A stretch of DNA of 61,942 nucleotides from an uncultured bacterium (lineage in GTDB: Bacteria > Omnitrophota > Omnitrophia > Omnitrophales > Aquincolibacteriaceae): NCBI GenBank assembly GCA_964410905.1, contig CAYPIR010000009.1:1-61942 (forward strand). The letters are read 5' to 3'. Numbering within the stretch: position 1 is the stretch's first letter; every line of letters begins with the position of its first letter. Under the pieces are notes generated by a model that was not told the DNA's origin, ran no database searches, and saw only the letters and a program-made list of their open reading frames with translations. A program made the position numbers and the translations under genes. Below, in pieces: positions 10,002-18,798 of the stretch.

Positions 10002-13000
10002 CTATGCGGACTGTGCTATGCTGATAAGTCCACGCAACGCCGTCCACAGGACTTCTGCTAATTCAATCAACTTACCTTCAACAAACACACTGTCATAAAC
10101 ATATTGTTCCGCATCTTTATCATTTCGCGACAATTGGACTGCAACAACTCTTGAAGCCGCATCAAGTTTTGCATCGCTCGTCCAGCTGCGCCCAACAACT
10201 CTTGCTGTATCTTTATATCTTTCAAAAAAATGCTCAACGCCTTTTATGTCTCCAATCATTACCGTATTAAAATTTACTTTCAGAAATCTGACATTTATTG
10301 AATTAACTTCAAAACGATTTCCAAATTTCTTGGCCATTTCAGATTGTGTGGCTGAATTAATCTGTCCCGATGGCAAAACCAGCTGATATTTAAGTTTAGG
10401 ATTGAGAGTTAAAAGCGCTGTTATGTCATTTAAAACTTGCAGCTCATCAAATTTTTCAGCCAAAATTTCTATTACATGCGAATTGTCATCACTTGTAAAA
10501 GTCTTAGCAATATCGGGAAAAGTCTGAGCAAAACGGCTGGCAACCGTTCCCGCATCTTGCGCCTTAATTGCCTCCGCCAACCGCTCAAGCGCCAAAGCAT
10601 TTTCTTCCGCGGTCCCTCTTGTCGCAAGATTCAAAATCCCGCCGACAAGTAACGCGACCGCCGTTACAGCGCCTGCCGTATAGGTCGGCTTCACATTTCC
10701 TGTTTTCGTTCTTTGCAAAACCTCTGCCGTATTTTCATCAAGTTGTAATCTATCTTCAGACCTTGATGCTGAAGACGGCTCAGCAACCTCGTCCTGAAAA
10801 GCTTTTTTAACTTCCCAAATAGCATCCGTTTGATTAAGAATACTGTCCGCTTCGGTCTCTTCACTCACTGTGTCCAACACGCCCATGTTCATCAGCAAAA
10901 TAGCTCGCAATGAAAATCTGGCAAACGGCACAAATTCTTCATTAAAAGCTTTAAGCGCGGCTTTTCCTCCTTGTATATTTTTTTCCGGATCGTTCAAAGC
11001 CTCTTCCATTTGATTAAAAAGATTTCCTTCATCAATTTTTATAGCTCCGCCGTGCATATCAAGTAATGTTTGGGCTGTAACATTATCTCCCCAATAACCG
11101 TCAAAATACAAAATCGGCACTCCCTGGCTTGCCGGCTCAAATAAATTTCTATTCCGCTCAATTAATGCCAAGTCCGCCACACTTAAAAACTTCAAAAATT
11201 CTCCCTGTGTCGCGAGCACAACAACATCAAAATCTCCCATAGGCTTACCGTCAGCCATAAAATCACCTTTGTTTATTTCATCACTGTAATCTCTCTTACC
11301 AACCTTGACATTCCTCTCCGCCAGCAATTCCTTGACCCTTTTCGCAAATTCATCTTCAAAGCCGCGCGGGGCAAAAACCAAAAGCGGCCTTTCCTCTTCG
11401 GGAAATTTCAAATATTCTTCAACTATTCGCTGCATAGAGTCTATTGACGGACTTGAAACAGCTATCACTTTTCTCCCATTTTTAATCCCCATTTGTTCGC
11501 GTCTCGCATTACGCTCCTCGGGAGAAATTTTTTGAGGAAGCTGATATTTCAATGGGTCATAAGGTAAAACCACAAACTCGGGCCCTAGATTTACTAGTGC
11601 ACCATCAGCAAATCCGACGGCCAATTGATTGGTTTTTTTTTCTGCCGTTTCTTTTCTTGTTGCCTTCTTAAAGAGGCTTACTCTTTGGGGATCAACTCCC
11701 TCATACACGACTGGAACATCCCGCGCGTCAAGACCAAGAATTTGCAAAAGTCCCCTAGCCGCGTTAACTCCCGCCGTTTCATAAATATGAACAACGAGCT
11801 CTTTCCCAAGCCGAATTAATTGCTCGTTAAAATTAAAGTTTGAATCATTTAATATTTTTTTTAATTTCTCTATCTTCTCTTCCTTTTTTTCCTTGCCATA
11901 CCATCTTAAAAGTCTGTCTACGGTATTGAACATACTTAAAAAAAACTTTGTGTTTATTGTAAGCGCTTTCTTTAAGGTCTCGCTTCCAATTTCACTTAAA
12001 AATAGATCTATCGTTTCAGGCGTTAATTTATTGATTTGCTCCAGGAAGTGAGGGAGATGCCCCGAAAAATTACGAATAAATTCCTCAATGCCTTCATCAT
12101 TTAAATCTAGTAATTTCGACAATCTTTTCAATGCTTGTTGAAAATCGTCCTCCGCCGCGCTGTCCGCCGGCTGCACCCATGTCATTTGGGGTCTTGACTC
12201 AGAACGCGCGCTAGAACTTTCTTCATATGGAACGGATTCTTTGGAAGCAGATTTTTTTACAGCCACAAACGCTGTTATGGGGTTTCGTTGCCCGGGAAAT
12301 ACTCCTGTGCGTCCGCCATCTACTGCCATGGCAAATCTGATACCATTTTGCGCTTGCCATTCTTCTATTCCTTTTTTAAGCTTTTCCCAAGAAGGACCAT
12401 AATATCCCGTGTGATCATATCCAAAAAAATCTTTAACAAAAACATCCCCTCTTCCGTTCACTCCCAATACAACTCTGCGTTGAGAATTCCCTTTATGCCA
12501 GCTTTCAAGTCTAGGGTTTAATTCACCATTTTCTATTACCATGGGACCGCTTTGAAAAGCATGAGGAAAATCTAAAGGGTCAAAAAATTCGTCTGGATTT
12601 TTTGTCGTTACCGAAGTGATATGTCCTCTGCCATTTGCATCAAGCAAGAAAAACGCTTTTGCCATAGCCGAGCCGCTTCTATTGGGATTAAATTGATGCT
12701 CTTTTTCACCATAAGAACGCACCCAGCCAGATGAATCTGTTTCTTCTTTATTGATAGGATTAGCATTTGAAACAAACAAAGCGCCAGCTTTCAGCATCCC
12801 TTTTATATTTTCTCGTCCATGCACAACATAAAATGAATATTCAGAAACATTAAATCTATTTGTTCCGTGCTCAGAATAATATGCCGCCGCCGTTCCTGAT
12901 CCAATTACCACGGCTGCCGCAAACAAAAATGCGGCTAGACCAAACGCCTTTACCCAAAATTTTATTTGTTTGGCGGATTCTATTTTTTCATCAACTCTGG

Positions 13001-15386
13001 TGTCAGACCGTGCTGTTGCGCCTAAATCATTTTGCTCGGCCGCTGCACCTTCATTTTTCTTTATTTCCTCAAATGAAACAACCGCGCTTTTATCAAGTAA
13101 CACTGCTTGAAATCTGTTTAAAACATCTTTTCCCACAATCATTGCATATCCCGCTTCGCGTAAAGCATCTCTTGTTTCTTTGTTTAAACGATCAATATCT
13201 GCTTTGCCTACCACACGAAAAATTTTAGCCCCATCACGAAGTCTTAAACGAAACAACCCGTTATCTTCAAACAAACGCGCATACTGCTCACTCCAATAAC
13301 GAGATGTCTCGTTTGTCAAATAAAACCCTCCATAGCTGCGCCCTTTTTTATTTTGTTGCCCGCCCAAATGATCCATATCCACATTATCTAAAGTGCTTCC
13401 TGTTAGCATTCCTCCGTGATAATAAAAATTTTTAGATGAAGCCGCTTCGTCAAGACCGTCAATTCTCCAATTAAAGCCTTCAAATGTATGCAGCCTTGCT
13501 ATTTTGAAAACTATATATGTCGGCTTGCCATTAACATCTTTTTCCTGACGTTCAATCTTGATTCCCGCGTCTTTTGCAAAATCCGAATTGTTAAATATCT
13601 CAATCGCCTCAGCAACATCTCCTAAATTTCCCGCCTTCCCTATCGCAAGCAAAATCGGTTTCAAATCTATTATCCCTACTTGTTTCGATTGCGCCGCCCA
13701 AGATTGCAGAATAGATTTCGCCTCAAGGTATGAAACTTCAAACGGCGCGGGACGGTTTTGCAGCATCACTGTTCGATAAAGATTTTCATTAGATTTTTCC
13801 ATAAGACGCGGCGTTAAAACTCCATAACTTACTTCATTCTCCCGCAAAAGCTGCGTCATTCCGTCAGTATGAAATCCGCCTGTAACCACAACCGCCTTTT
13901 GTGTTTTTAACTCCGTCATCGCCTTGTCAATTTTTTCATAAAAAACATCTTCGCGCTTGTATGCCGCGTCATAAAAATCAAACGCGGCTTCATAAATACC
14001 TGAAACCTTGGAATGAAATTCTTCATTTACTTTTTTATTTTCAAAATTAGAAAGCGGCAGCGCGTATTCCTTATTCGCCACAGCGCCGATTCCGCGGAGC
14101 CTCGCGAGCAATCCGTCCATCTCAACTTCATCTCTTTTTTGCAGCAAACCTTTCCACTCAGCACGCGTCAGCTCTAAACTTAATAATTTCCGGACTTGCT
14201 CGGAATCTCTTAAAAGCGCGAGAAGATTTTTTTGAATTTCGGTATTGGCGAGCGAGTCCAGAAGGTTTTGAAAAATGAGTCTGATTTCGGAAAACAAACT
14301 TTTAGGGTCAAGCTCACTTTTTAAAATTTGATAGCCCGCCCAAACGCTGAAATTGGGATATTGCGAAAATTTGAATCCGTAAGGAGTCGCGTCTTGATAA
14401 AGTCTTTCGGTAAGTTCGCGCGGAGGCGAGCGTTCAAACTCCGACTCAGGAGTTCCGAGCGGAAGCCTAACGCGTTGCCCTTGGAAGTTTTTTATCGCCC
14501 CAACCAGCTCTCTGTCGACATGTTTTTCTTCTAAAAATTTTACGAGTTGTTCTTTTTCCTGCGACGCGGAAACTTCGTTTAAATCTTTTTCCATTTGCTG
14601 CAGCTGCAGCAATCTCGCTATTTGCGGCCACGCGACTTGAGCGAACAAAGACTCAAGATCGACATTTAAAAATTTGCGTGAATCTTTAACAAGGCTTTGA
14701 ATAAAAGGCATAAATTCCCGCTCGCCTTTTTCAAATTTTTTCCATTCCGAAAGAATGCGTCTTGAATCGGCGGGAAAAATCCTTGAGGACAGCGTTTCAA
14801 GCCTAGCCTCAATCCCAGTTAAGTATTTTCGCGCTGTCGCTTCCGCCTCAAAAACTTTTTTGAGCGCCTCATAATTTTTGCGATAAAGTTCCGGGGTTTC
14901 AATGCCGAGCGCTTTTATTTCGCTTTGCCCTTTATTTTCCGCTTCTTCAAAAACGAACATTTCAACGCCCGTCATCTCGCCTTGCTCCATCAAAATCTTG
15001 GCGAGTTTTCTATTACGCTCGCTATCCGGAAACATGCGCAAATATTTTGGGTCCAACTCCTCTGCCGCGCCTTCAACAAAAACAGTTTTGAATCCATAAG
15101 TTTTATAAAGATATTGGAGAAGTTCGTTAATTTTTGTTTGCGCTCCGTAATTCGCGTGGGCGTTTTGAATATGCAGGACAAGACGATTAACGGTTGTGTA
15201 AGGCGCTTCAAAAATTCCGTCAATGGTTGCTAGATTTTCGGGTATGTCAATTTTGAGAAATGCTGGTCTCTCGTATGGCACCGCCATTGATATTCCCGCC
15301 GCGGGATTGGCTTGAACAGTCTGAGTTGCGATAAAAAATCCCAGCGTCCACCAAGCAATGAGTTTTTTTACTCTTTTAAATATCAT
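10002..15386 (-). CDS. very large mosaic membrane protein of unknown function
   Basis: Single uninterrupted ORF. The likely start is the ATG at 15386 (AAGGA SD), 10 codons inside the TTG-extended track ORF. In track numbering: signal or anchor at aa 19-36; GxxH-type motifs LHIQNAHANYG / VFVEGA / VVVTGGFHTDG; YYHGG...GGFYLT at aa 664-701; TM helix at about aa 820-846; FQSGPMVIENG...VLGVNGRG...AVDGGRT phosphodiester-glycosidase-like block at aa 950-1040; KdtA-like C-terminal half at aa 1330-1470; TM helix at about aa 1577-1598. Confidence 0.7.
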   Translation of the reverse strand: MIFKRVKKLIAWWTLGFFIATQTVQANPAAGISMAVPYERPAFLKIDIPENLATIDGIFEAPYTTVNRLVLHIQNAHANYGAQTKINELLQYLYKTYGFKTVFVEGAAEELDPKYLRMFPDSERNRKLAKILMEQGEMTGVEMFVFEEAENKGQSEIKALGIETPELYRKNYEALKKVFEAEATARKYLTGIEARLETLSSRIFPADSRRILSEWKKFEKGEREFMPFIQSLVKDSRKFLNVDLESLFAQVAWPQIARLLQLQQMEKDLNEVSASQEKEQLVKFLEEKHVDRELVGAIKNFQGQRVRLPLGTPESEFERSPPRELTERLYQDATPYGFKFSQYPNFSVWAGYQILKSELDPKSLFSEIRLIFQNLLDSLANTEIQKNLLALLRDSEQVRKLLSLELTRAEWKGLLQKRDEVEMDGLLARLRGIGAVANKEYALPLSNFENKKVNEEFHSKVSGIYEAAFDFYDAAYKREDVFYEKIDKAMTELKTQKAVVVTGGFHTDGMTQLLRENEVSYGVLTPRLMEKSNENLYRTVMLQNRPAPFEVSYLEAKSILQSWAAQSKQVGIIDLKPILLAIGKAGNLGDVAEAIEIFNNSDFAKDAGIKIERQEKDVNGKPTYIVFKIARLHTFEGFNWRIDGLDEAASSKNFYYHGGMLTGSTLDNVDMDHLGGQQNKKGRSYGGFYLTNETSRYWSEQYARLFEDNGLFRLRLRDGAKIFRVVGKADIDRLNKETRDALREAGYAMIVGKDVLNRFQAVLLDKSAVVSFEEIKKNEGAAAEQNDLGATARSDTRVDEKIESAKQIKFWVKAFGLAAFLFAAAVVIGSGTAAAYYSEHGTNRFNVSEYSFYVVHGRENIKGMLKAGALFVSNANPINKEETDSSGWVRSYGEKEHQFNPNRSGSAMAKAFFLLDANGRGHITSVTTKNPDEFFDPLDFPHAFQSGPMVIENGELNPRLESWHKGNSQRRVVLGVNGRGDVFVKDFFGYDHTGYYGPSWEKLKKGIEEWQAQNGIRFAMAVDGGRTGVFPGQRNPITAFVAVKKSASKESVPYEESSSARSESRPQMTWVQPADSAAEDDFQQALKRLSKLLDLNDEGIEEFIRNFSGHLPHFLEQINKLTPETIDLFLSEIGSETLKKALTINTKFFLSMFNTVDRLLRWYGKEKKEEKIEKLKKILNDSNFNFNEQLIRLGKELVVHIYETAGVNAARGLLQILGLDARDVPVVYEGVDPQRVSLFKKATRKETAEKKTNQLAVGFADGALVNLGPEFVVLPYDPLKYQLPQKISPEERNARREQMGIKNGRKVIAVSSPSIDSMQRIVEEYLKFPEEERPLLVFAPRGFEDEFAKRVKELLAERNVKVGKRDYSDEINKGDFMADGKPMGDFDVVVLATQGEFLKFLSVADLALIERNRNLFEPASQGVPILYFDGYWGDNVTAQTLLDMHGGAIKIDEGNLFNQMEEALNDPEKNIQGGKAALKAFNEEFVPFARFSLRAILLMNMGVLDTVSEETEADSILNQTDAIWEVKKAFQDEVAEPSSASRSEDRLQLDENTAEVLQRTKTGNVKPTYTAGAVTAVALLVGGILNLATRGTAEENALALERLAEAIKAQDAGTVASRFAQTFPDIAKTFTSDDNSHVIEILAEKFDELQVLNDITALLTLNPKLKYQLVLPSGQINSATQSEMAKKFGNRFEVNSINVRFLKVNFNTVMIGDIKGVEHFFERYKDTARVVGRSWTSDAKLDAASRVVAVQLSRNDKDAEQYVYDSVFVEGKLIELAEVLWTALRGLISIAQSA

Positions 15387-15593
15387 TCGCTTATCCTTTA
15401 TAGCATTCGATAGCAAAAGATTAGTTTCTTTCTCTATTTAGAATGTATATGGTATTTAGCGATTTGGCAAGGGTTGGCGGACAGAAAAAAAATAATGCTG
15501 TACCTTATTTAAAATCAATGAGTTAGAGATATAAAAAGATTAAACCATCAAGCGGAGGGTTAATGCAGAATTAATAAATGTTATAAAATAGAT

Positions 15594-15857
15594 TTATGAT
15601 TGCGAGGCGGAGCGAAGAATTTCAGCGATAAATGTCTGATATTTGACACCAATTTTTTTTGCCTTATCTTTTAGTCTTTGCAAAACCGCCTCATTGATGC
15701 GCATATTCAATGTTGCATTTTTCTTATATTCTAAAAGAGCCGCTTTGATTTTTTCCACTTCTGGACCTTTAGCCTCTGCAAACTCATCTCTCTCTATCAT
15801 GCCTTCTATTTTCCGTTCGTATTTTGTCAACTTCAGCCGCTTGAATGGATCTCTCAT
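15594..15857 (-). CDS. brnA: BrnA-like (RHH/CopG-type) antitoxin
   Basis: 87 aa. The C-terminal NMRINEAVLQRLKDKAKKIGVKYQTFIAEIL matches the BrnA antitoxin pattern. Its ATG overlaps the stop of the upstream toxin gene (ATGA). Confidence 0.7.
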   Translation of the reverse strand: MRDPFKRLKLTKYERKIEGMIERDEFAEAKGPEVEKIKAALLEYKKNATLNMRINEAVLQRLKDKAKKIGVKYQTFIAEILRSASQS

Positions 15858-16117
15858 AAAAGCTCCCCTCTTCTATATTGTTTTGTGTGTTTTCTACTAG
15901 GATACAATGTTTTTAAAAATATGCCTTTAGTTTCCGAGTCAACAACATACGGCACAACCCAAATATATCCTTTCCTTTCATATAAAAACCAGTTTTGCCC
16001 CAAATGTGTTGGACTGGACATAATTTTTACAAGGTTTTCTTTCAATATTTCTTCAAACGAAACACCTCTGATTCGCTTAAGCCTTTTGTTCTTTGTTTCA
16101 TTCCATCTGATATTCAC
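15854..16117 (-). CDS. brnT: BrnT-like (DUF497) toxin
   Basis: 87 aa. W-x-E-x-K-N...RGVSFEEI N-terminal motif and C-terminal LYPSRK..K.Y, typical of DUF497/BrnT. GTG start preceded by a GGGAGG SD. Confidence 0.65.
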   Translation of the reverse strand: MNIRWNETKNKRLKRIRGVSFEEILKENLVKIMSSPTHLGQNWFLYERKGYIWVVPYVVDSETKGIFLKTLYPSRKHTKQYRRGELL

Positions 16118-16276
16118 ATTGACCTCCCGATTCTAGCATAATTTTTTTGTATACACAATTGCATTGTCAAAATGTCAATACATTTTATTATGTGTATATT
16201 ATATATAATTATTAATTAATAATCATCTAAAAGAAAGAGCGCCTATCAGTAAAAAGACGCATTTGCAAATTTACTT

Positions 16277-17890
16277 TCAGTAAAGCTCGTGGCGTTTGGC
16301 TTTTATAGCAGGGTCCGCCAAGTAATCATCTAGATGAATATCGCGGTAATCAATAATGCCTTTTGGCGTGAGTTCGATAATTCGGTTGGCTACGGTTTGA
16401 ACAAATTGGTGATCGTGCGAAGAAAACAAAACTGTACCAGAAAAATTTTCCAATCCCTTGTTAAGCGATGTAATAGATTCCAAATCTAAGTGATTGGTCG
16501 GTTCATCAAGCAGCAAAACATTCGCGCCGACAAGCATCATGCGGGAAAGCATACAGCGAACTCGTTCGCCACCGGATAAAACCGATGTTTTTTTAAGCGT
16601 CTCTTCGCCTGAGAAAAGCATTCGTCCCAAAAATCCCCGGACAAAATTCTCGTCCGTTTCCTTTGAATATTGCCGAAGCCAATCGACAAGGTTTAAATCC
16701 CCCTCAAAATATTTCGCGTTCTCCCTGGGATAATACGCGCGCGTAGTGGACGCTCCCCATTTAAACGCCCCTTCATCCGCCTCAATTTCTCCCATTAAAA
16801 TTTGAAAAAGAGTTGTCTTAACACGGTCAAGAGGTCCTAAAAACGCGATTTTCTCTCCCTTGTCAACGCGAAGGGTCAAGCCCTTAAACATCAATTCGCC
16901 TTCTATTGTTTTTCCTAATCCTTCGATTTCAAGCAAGTCGTTTCCAGAATCTCTTTCCGCTTTAAACGCCACATAAGGATATTTCCGAGAAGACGGTTTA
17001 ATATCCTCCAGCGTAAGTTTCTCTAGGAGTTTTTTTCGCGATGTCGCCTGTCTCGACTTGGACGCGTTCGCGCTAAATCTCGATATGAATGCTTGCAGTT
17101 CCTTGCGGCGAGCCTCAATATCTTTGTTGGCTTCATTACGCTGCCGAAGCGCGAGCTGGCTTGACTCAGACCAAAATGTAAAATTGCCCGTATAGAGTTG
17201 AATTTTTCCATAGTCAATATCCGCTATATGCGTGCATACACGGTCGAGAAAATGTCTGTCGTGCGAAACTACTATTGCCGTATTTTTGAAATCATATAAA
17301 AAATCCTCAAGCCACATACATGTTTCAACGTCTAAGTGATTTGTAGGCTCGTCAAGCAGCAAAACATCGGGGTTGCCGAAAAGGGCCTGCGCCAAAAGCA
17401 CTCGGACCTTCTCATTCGCCTCTAACTGTTTCATGGGCACTTGATGAAGCGCGGCAGGAATTCCTAAATCGCTCAAGAGTTTTGCCGCCTCAGGCTCCGC
17501 GTCCCAGCCGTTCATTTCGGCAAACTCATTTTCGAGCTCAGCTACGCGAAGGCCATCGGCATCCGAAAAATTCGGCTTGGCGTAAAGTTCATCTTTTTCT
17601 TTTATTATTTTATAAAGACGATCATGCCCCATAACAACTGTAGTGAGCGCAGAAAACTCGTCATAAGCAAATTGGTCTTGTTTTAGAAATGAAATCCGCT
17701 CATTTTTTCCCGTAGCGACAGAACCGTTTGTCGGCTCGACAACTCCCGCGAGAATTTTTAGGAAAGTCGACTTTCCGGAACCGTTCGCTCCGATTAGTCC
17801 ATAACAATTGCCGGGCGAGAACATAATGTTGACGTTTTCAAACAGAACACGTTTGCCGTATTGCAAAGTAACACCATTTGCTGAAATCAT
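16277..17890 (-). CDS. ABC-F family ATPase (YbiT/EttA-like, no membrane domain)
   Basis: Two ABC cassettes, each with LLLDEPTNHLD Walker B/D-loop and signature motifs; Walker A GANGSGKST in the first. No TM segments. 537 aa. Confidence 0.9.
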   Translation of the reverse strand: MISANGVTLQYGKRVLFENVNIMFSPGNCYGLIGANGSGKSTFLKILAGVVEPTNGSVATGKNERISFLKQDQFAYDEFSALTTVVMGHDRLYKIIKEKDELYAKPNFSDADGLRVAELENEFAEMNGWDAEPEAAKLLSDLGIPAALHQVPMKQLEANEKVRVLLAQALFGNPDVLLLDEPTNHLDVETCMWLEDFLYDFKNTAIVVSHDRHFLDRVCTHIADIDYGKIQLYTGNFTFWSESSQLALRQRNEANKDIEARRKELQAFISRFSANASKSRQATSRKKLLEKLTLEDIKPSSRKYPYVAFKAERDSGNDLLEIEGLGKTIEGELMFKGLTLRVDKGEKIAFLGPLDRVKTTLFQILMGEIEADEGAFKWGASTTRAYYPRENAKYFEGDLNLVDWLRQYSKETDENFVRGFLGRMLFSGEETLKKTSVLSGGERVRCMLSRMMLVGANVLLLDEPTNHLDLESITSLNKGLENFSGTVLFSSHDHQFVQTVANRIIELTPKGIIDYRDIHLDDYLADPAIKAKRHELY

Positions 17891-17968
17891 TTTTAATGCC
17901 TTTTAGTTTAGGGGAGATTTATTTGAAGCGGCGTATCGTATCAAAAACCGCGAAAAAATCCAACGCTC

Positions 17969-18628
17969 TTAATCCGCCTTCCAGACTCGGAGCAAAAACA
18001 CACGCTCAAGGCGATTAAATCTATCGATGAGATATTGCGCATCTCGTTCTATCACTTTTCCAGTGCTATCTCCCATTTTAAATTTCAAAGACGAGAATAA
18101 GAGATTGGTTTTATAAGAGGCTATCGACACGCGCGTTCCCATTTTCTTGAAATATTCAACATTGGGCGTTATGTCGTTTGAATTTAAAACTCTTTCAAAT
18201 ATCAGTAGAAAAAACTCCTCTTGAAACGGTGTAATTATTTCTTCGTATTCTCCGTCGCCCGCGTCATCATAATATTCCGTTATGGGCATGTCAAAAAAAC
18301 GATTCTTTTTCTCCAGCCCATGAAAAACCCTGTAAAGAGTTACGCGAGTTTTGGGAATAGTTGACTTCCATTTCAATCGAATAACATCTTTTGTTTTCGC
18401 TCCCACGGCATAAACTTGAATAATTTCATCGGCATAAGCACGATTGTTTTGCTCTCGCAAAAGCCGCATGGGTTTTGTGGCAAGCCCCGATAAGTCTTGA
18501 ATGGTAACATCAGCGCTTTGTCCGTTTATAAAAACTTCCGGACGGGACGGAGCCCGCGGTATCCTGTCGGCAAAACTAGGTGAAGGGGAAATGCTTAGAA
18601 TAATAATTGTTAGAAAAAATCGCTTCAA
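17969..18628 (-). CDS. hypothetical secreted protein
   Basis: 219-aa ORF with an N-terminal hydrophobic signal (FFLTIIILSISPSPSFA). TTG start. No family recognised. Confidence 0.5.
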   Translation of the reverse strand: MKRFFLTIIILSISPSPSFADRIPRAPSRPEVFINGQSADVTIQDLSGLATKPMRLLREQNNRAYADEIIQVYAVGAKTKDVIRLKWKSTIPKTRVTLYRVFHGLEKKNRFFDMPITEYYDDAGDGEYEEIITPFQEEFFLLIFERVLNSNDITPNVEYFKKMGTRVSIASYKTNLLFSSLKFKMGDSTGKVIERDAQYLIDRFNRLERVFLLRVWKAD

Positions 18629-18798
18629 AAATTTTTCCTTTTAAAATGTTTACAGCCTTTATCAACTAAATTTGGCGGAATTTCTTTATTTTGGCCTTTC
18701 TCGTTTAATTCAAACCACGTGCAAATTCCCAAAAATGAGTTTCCAAAATCGCGGCGGTATTCGCAATCCCAGCAAGCGTTTTTTTTGTCATTTTCCAT
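18625..18798 (-). CDS. small four-cysteine protein (57 aa), possible zinc-binding
   Basis: Below the track cutoff and read by hand: MENDKKNACWDCEYRRDFGNSFLGICTWFELNEKGQNKEIPPNLVDKGCKHFKRKNF. It has a CxxC pair plus two more Cys. Its ATG overlaps the 3' end of the RluA-family gene by 11 nt, and its stop overlaps the TTG start of the downstream ORF. Confidence 0.35.
   Translation of the reverse strand: MENDKKNACWDCEYRRDFGNSFLGICTWFELNEKGQNKEIPPNLVDKGCKHFKRKNF

Noticed and set aside
16118-16276. Very AT-rich spacer (TATATATAATTATTAATTAATAATC) as a replication origin or mobile-element end
   Set aside because: No DnaA-box-like TTATCCACA motifs, no flanking dnaA/dnaN and no inverted or direct repeats. 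It is most simply the promoter region of the brnTA pair. A candidate extended -10 (TGCTAGAAT at 16130-16138) lies too close to the SD to be convincing, so no promoter was annotated.
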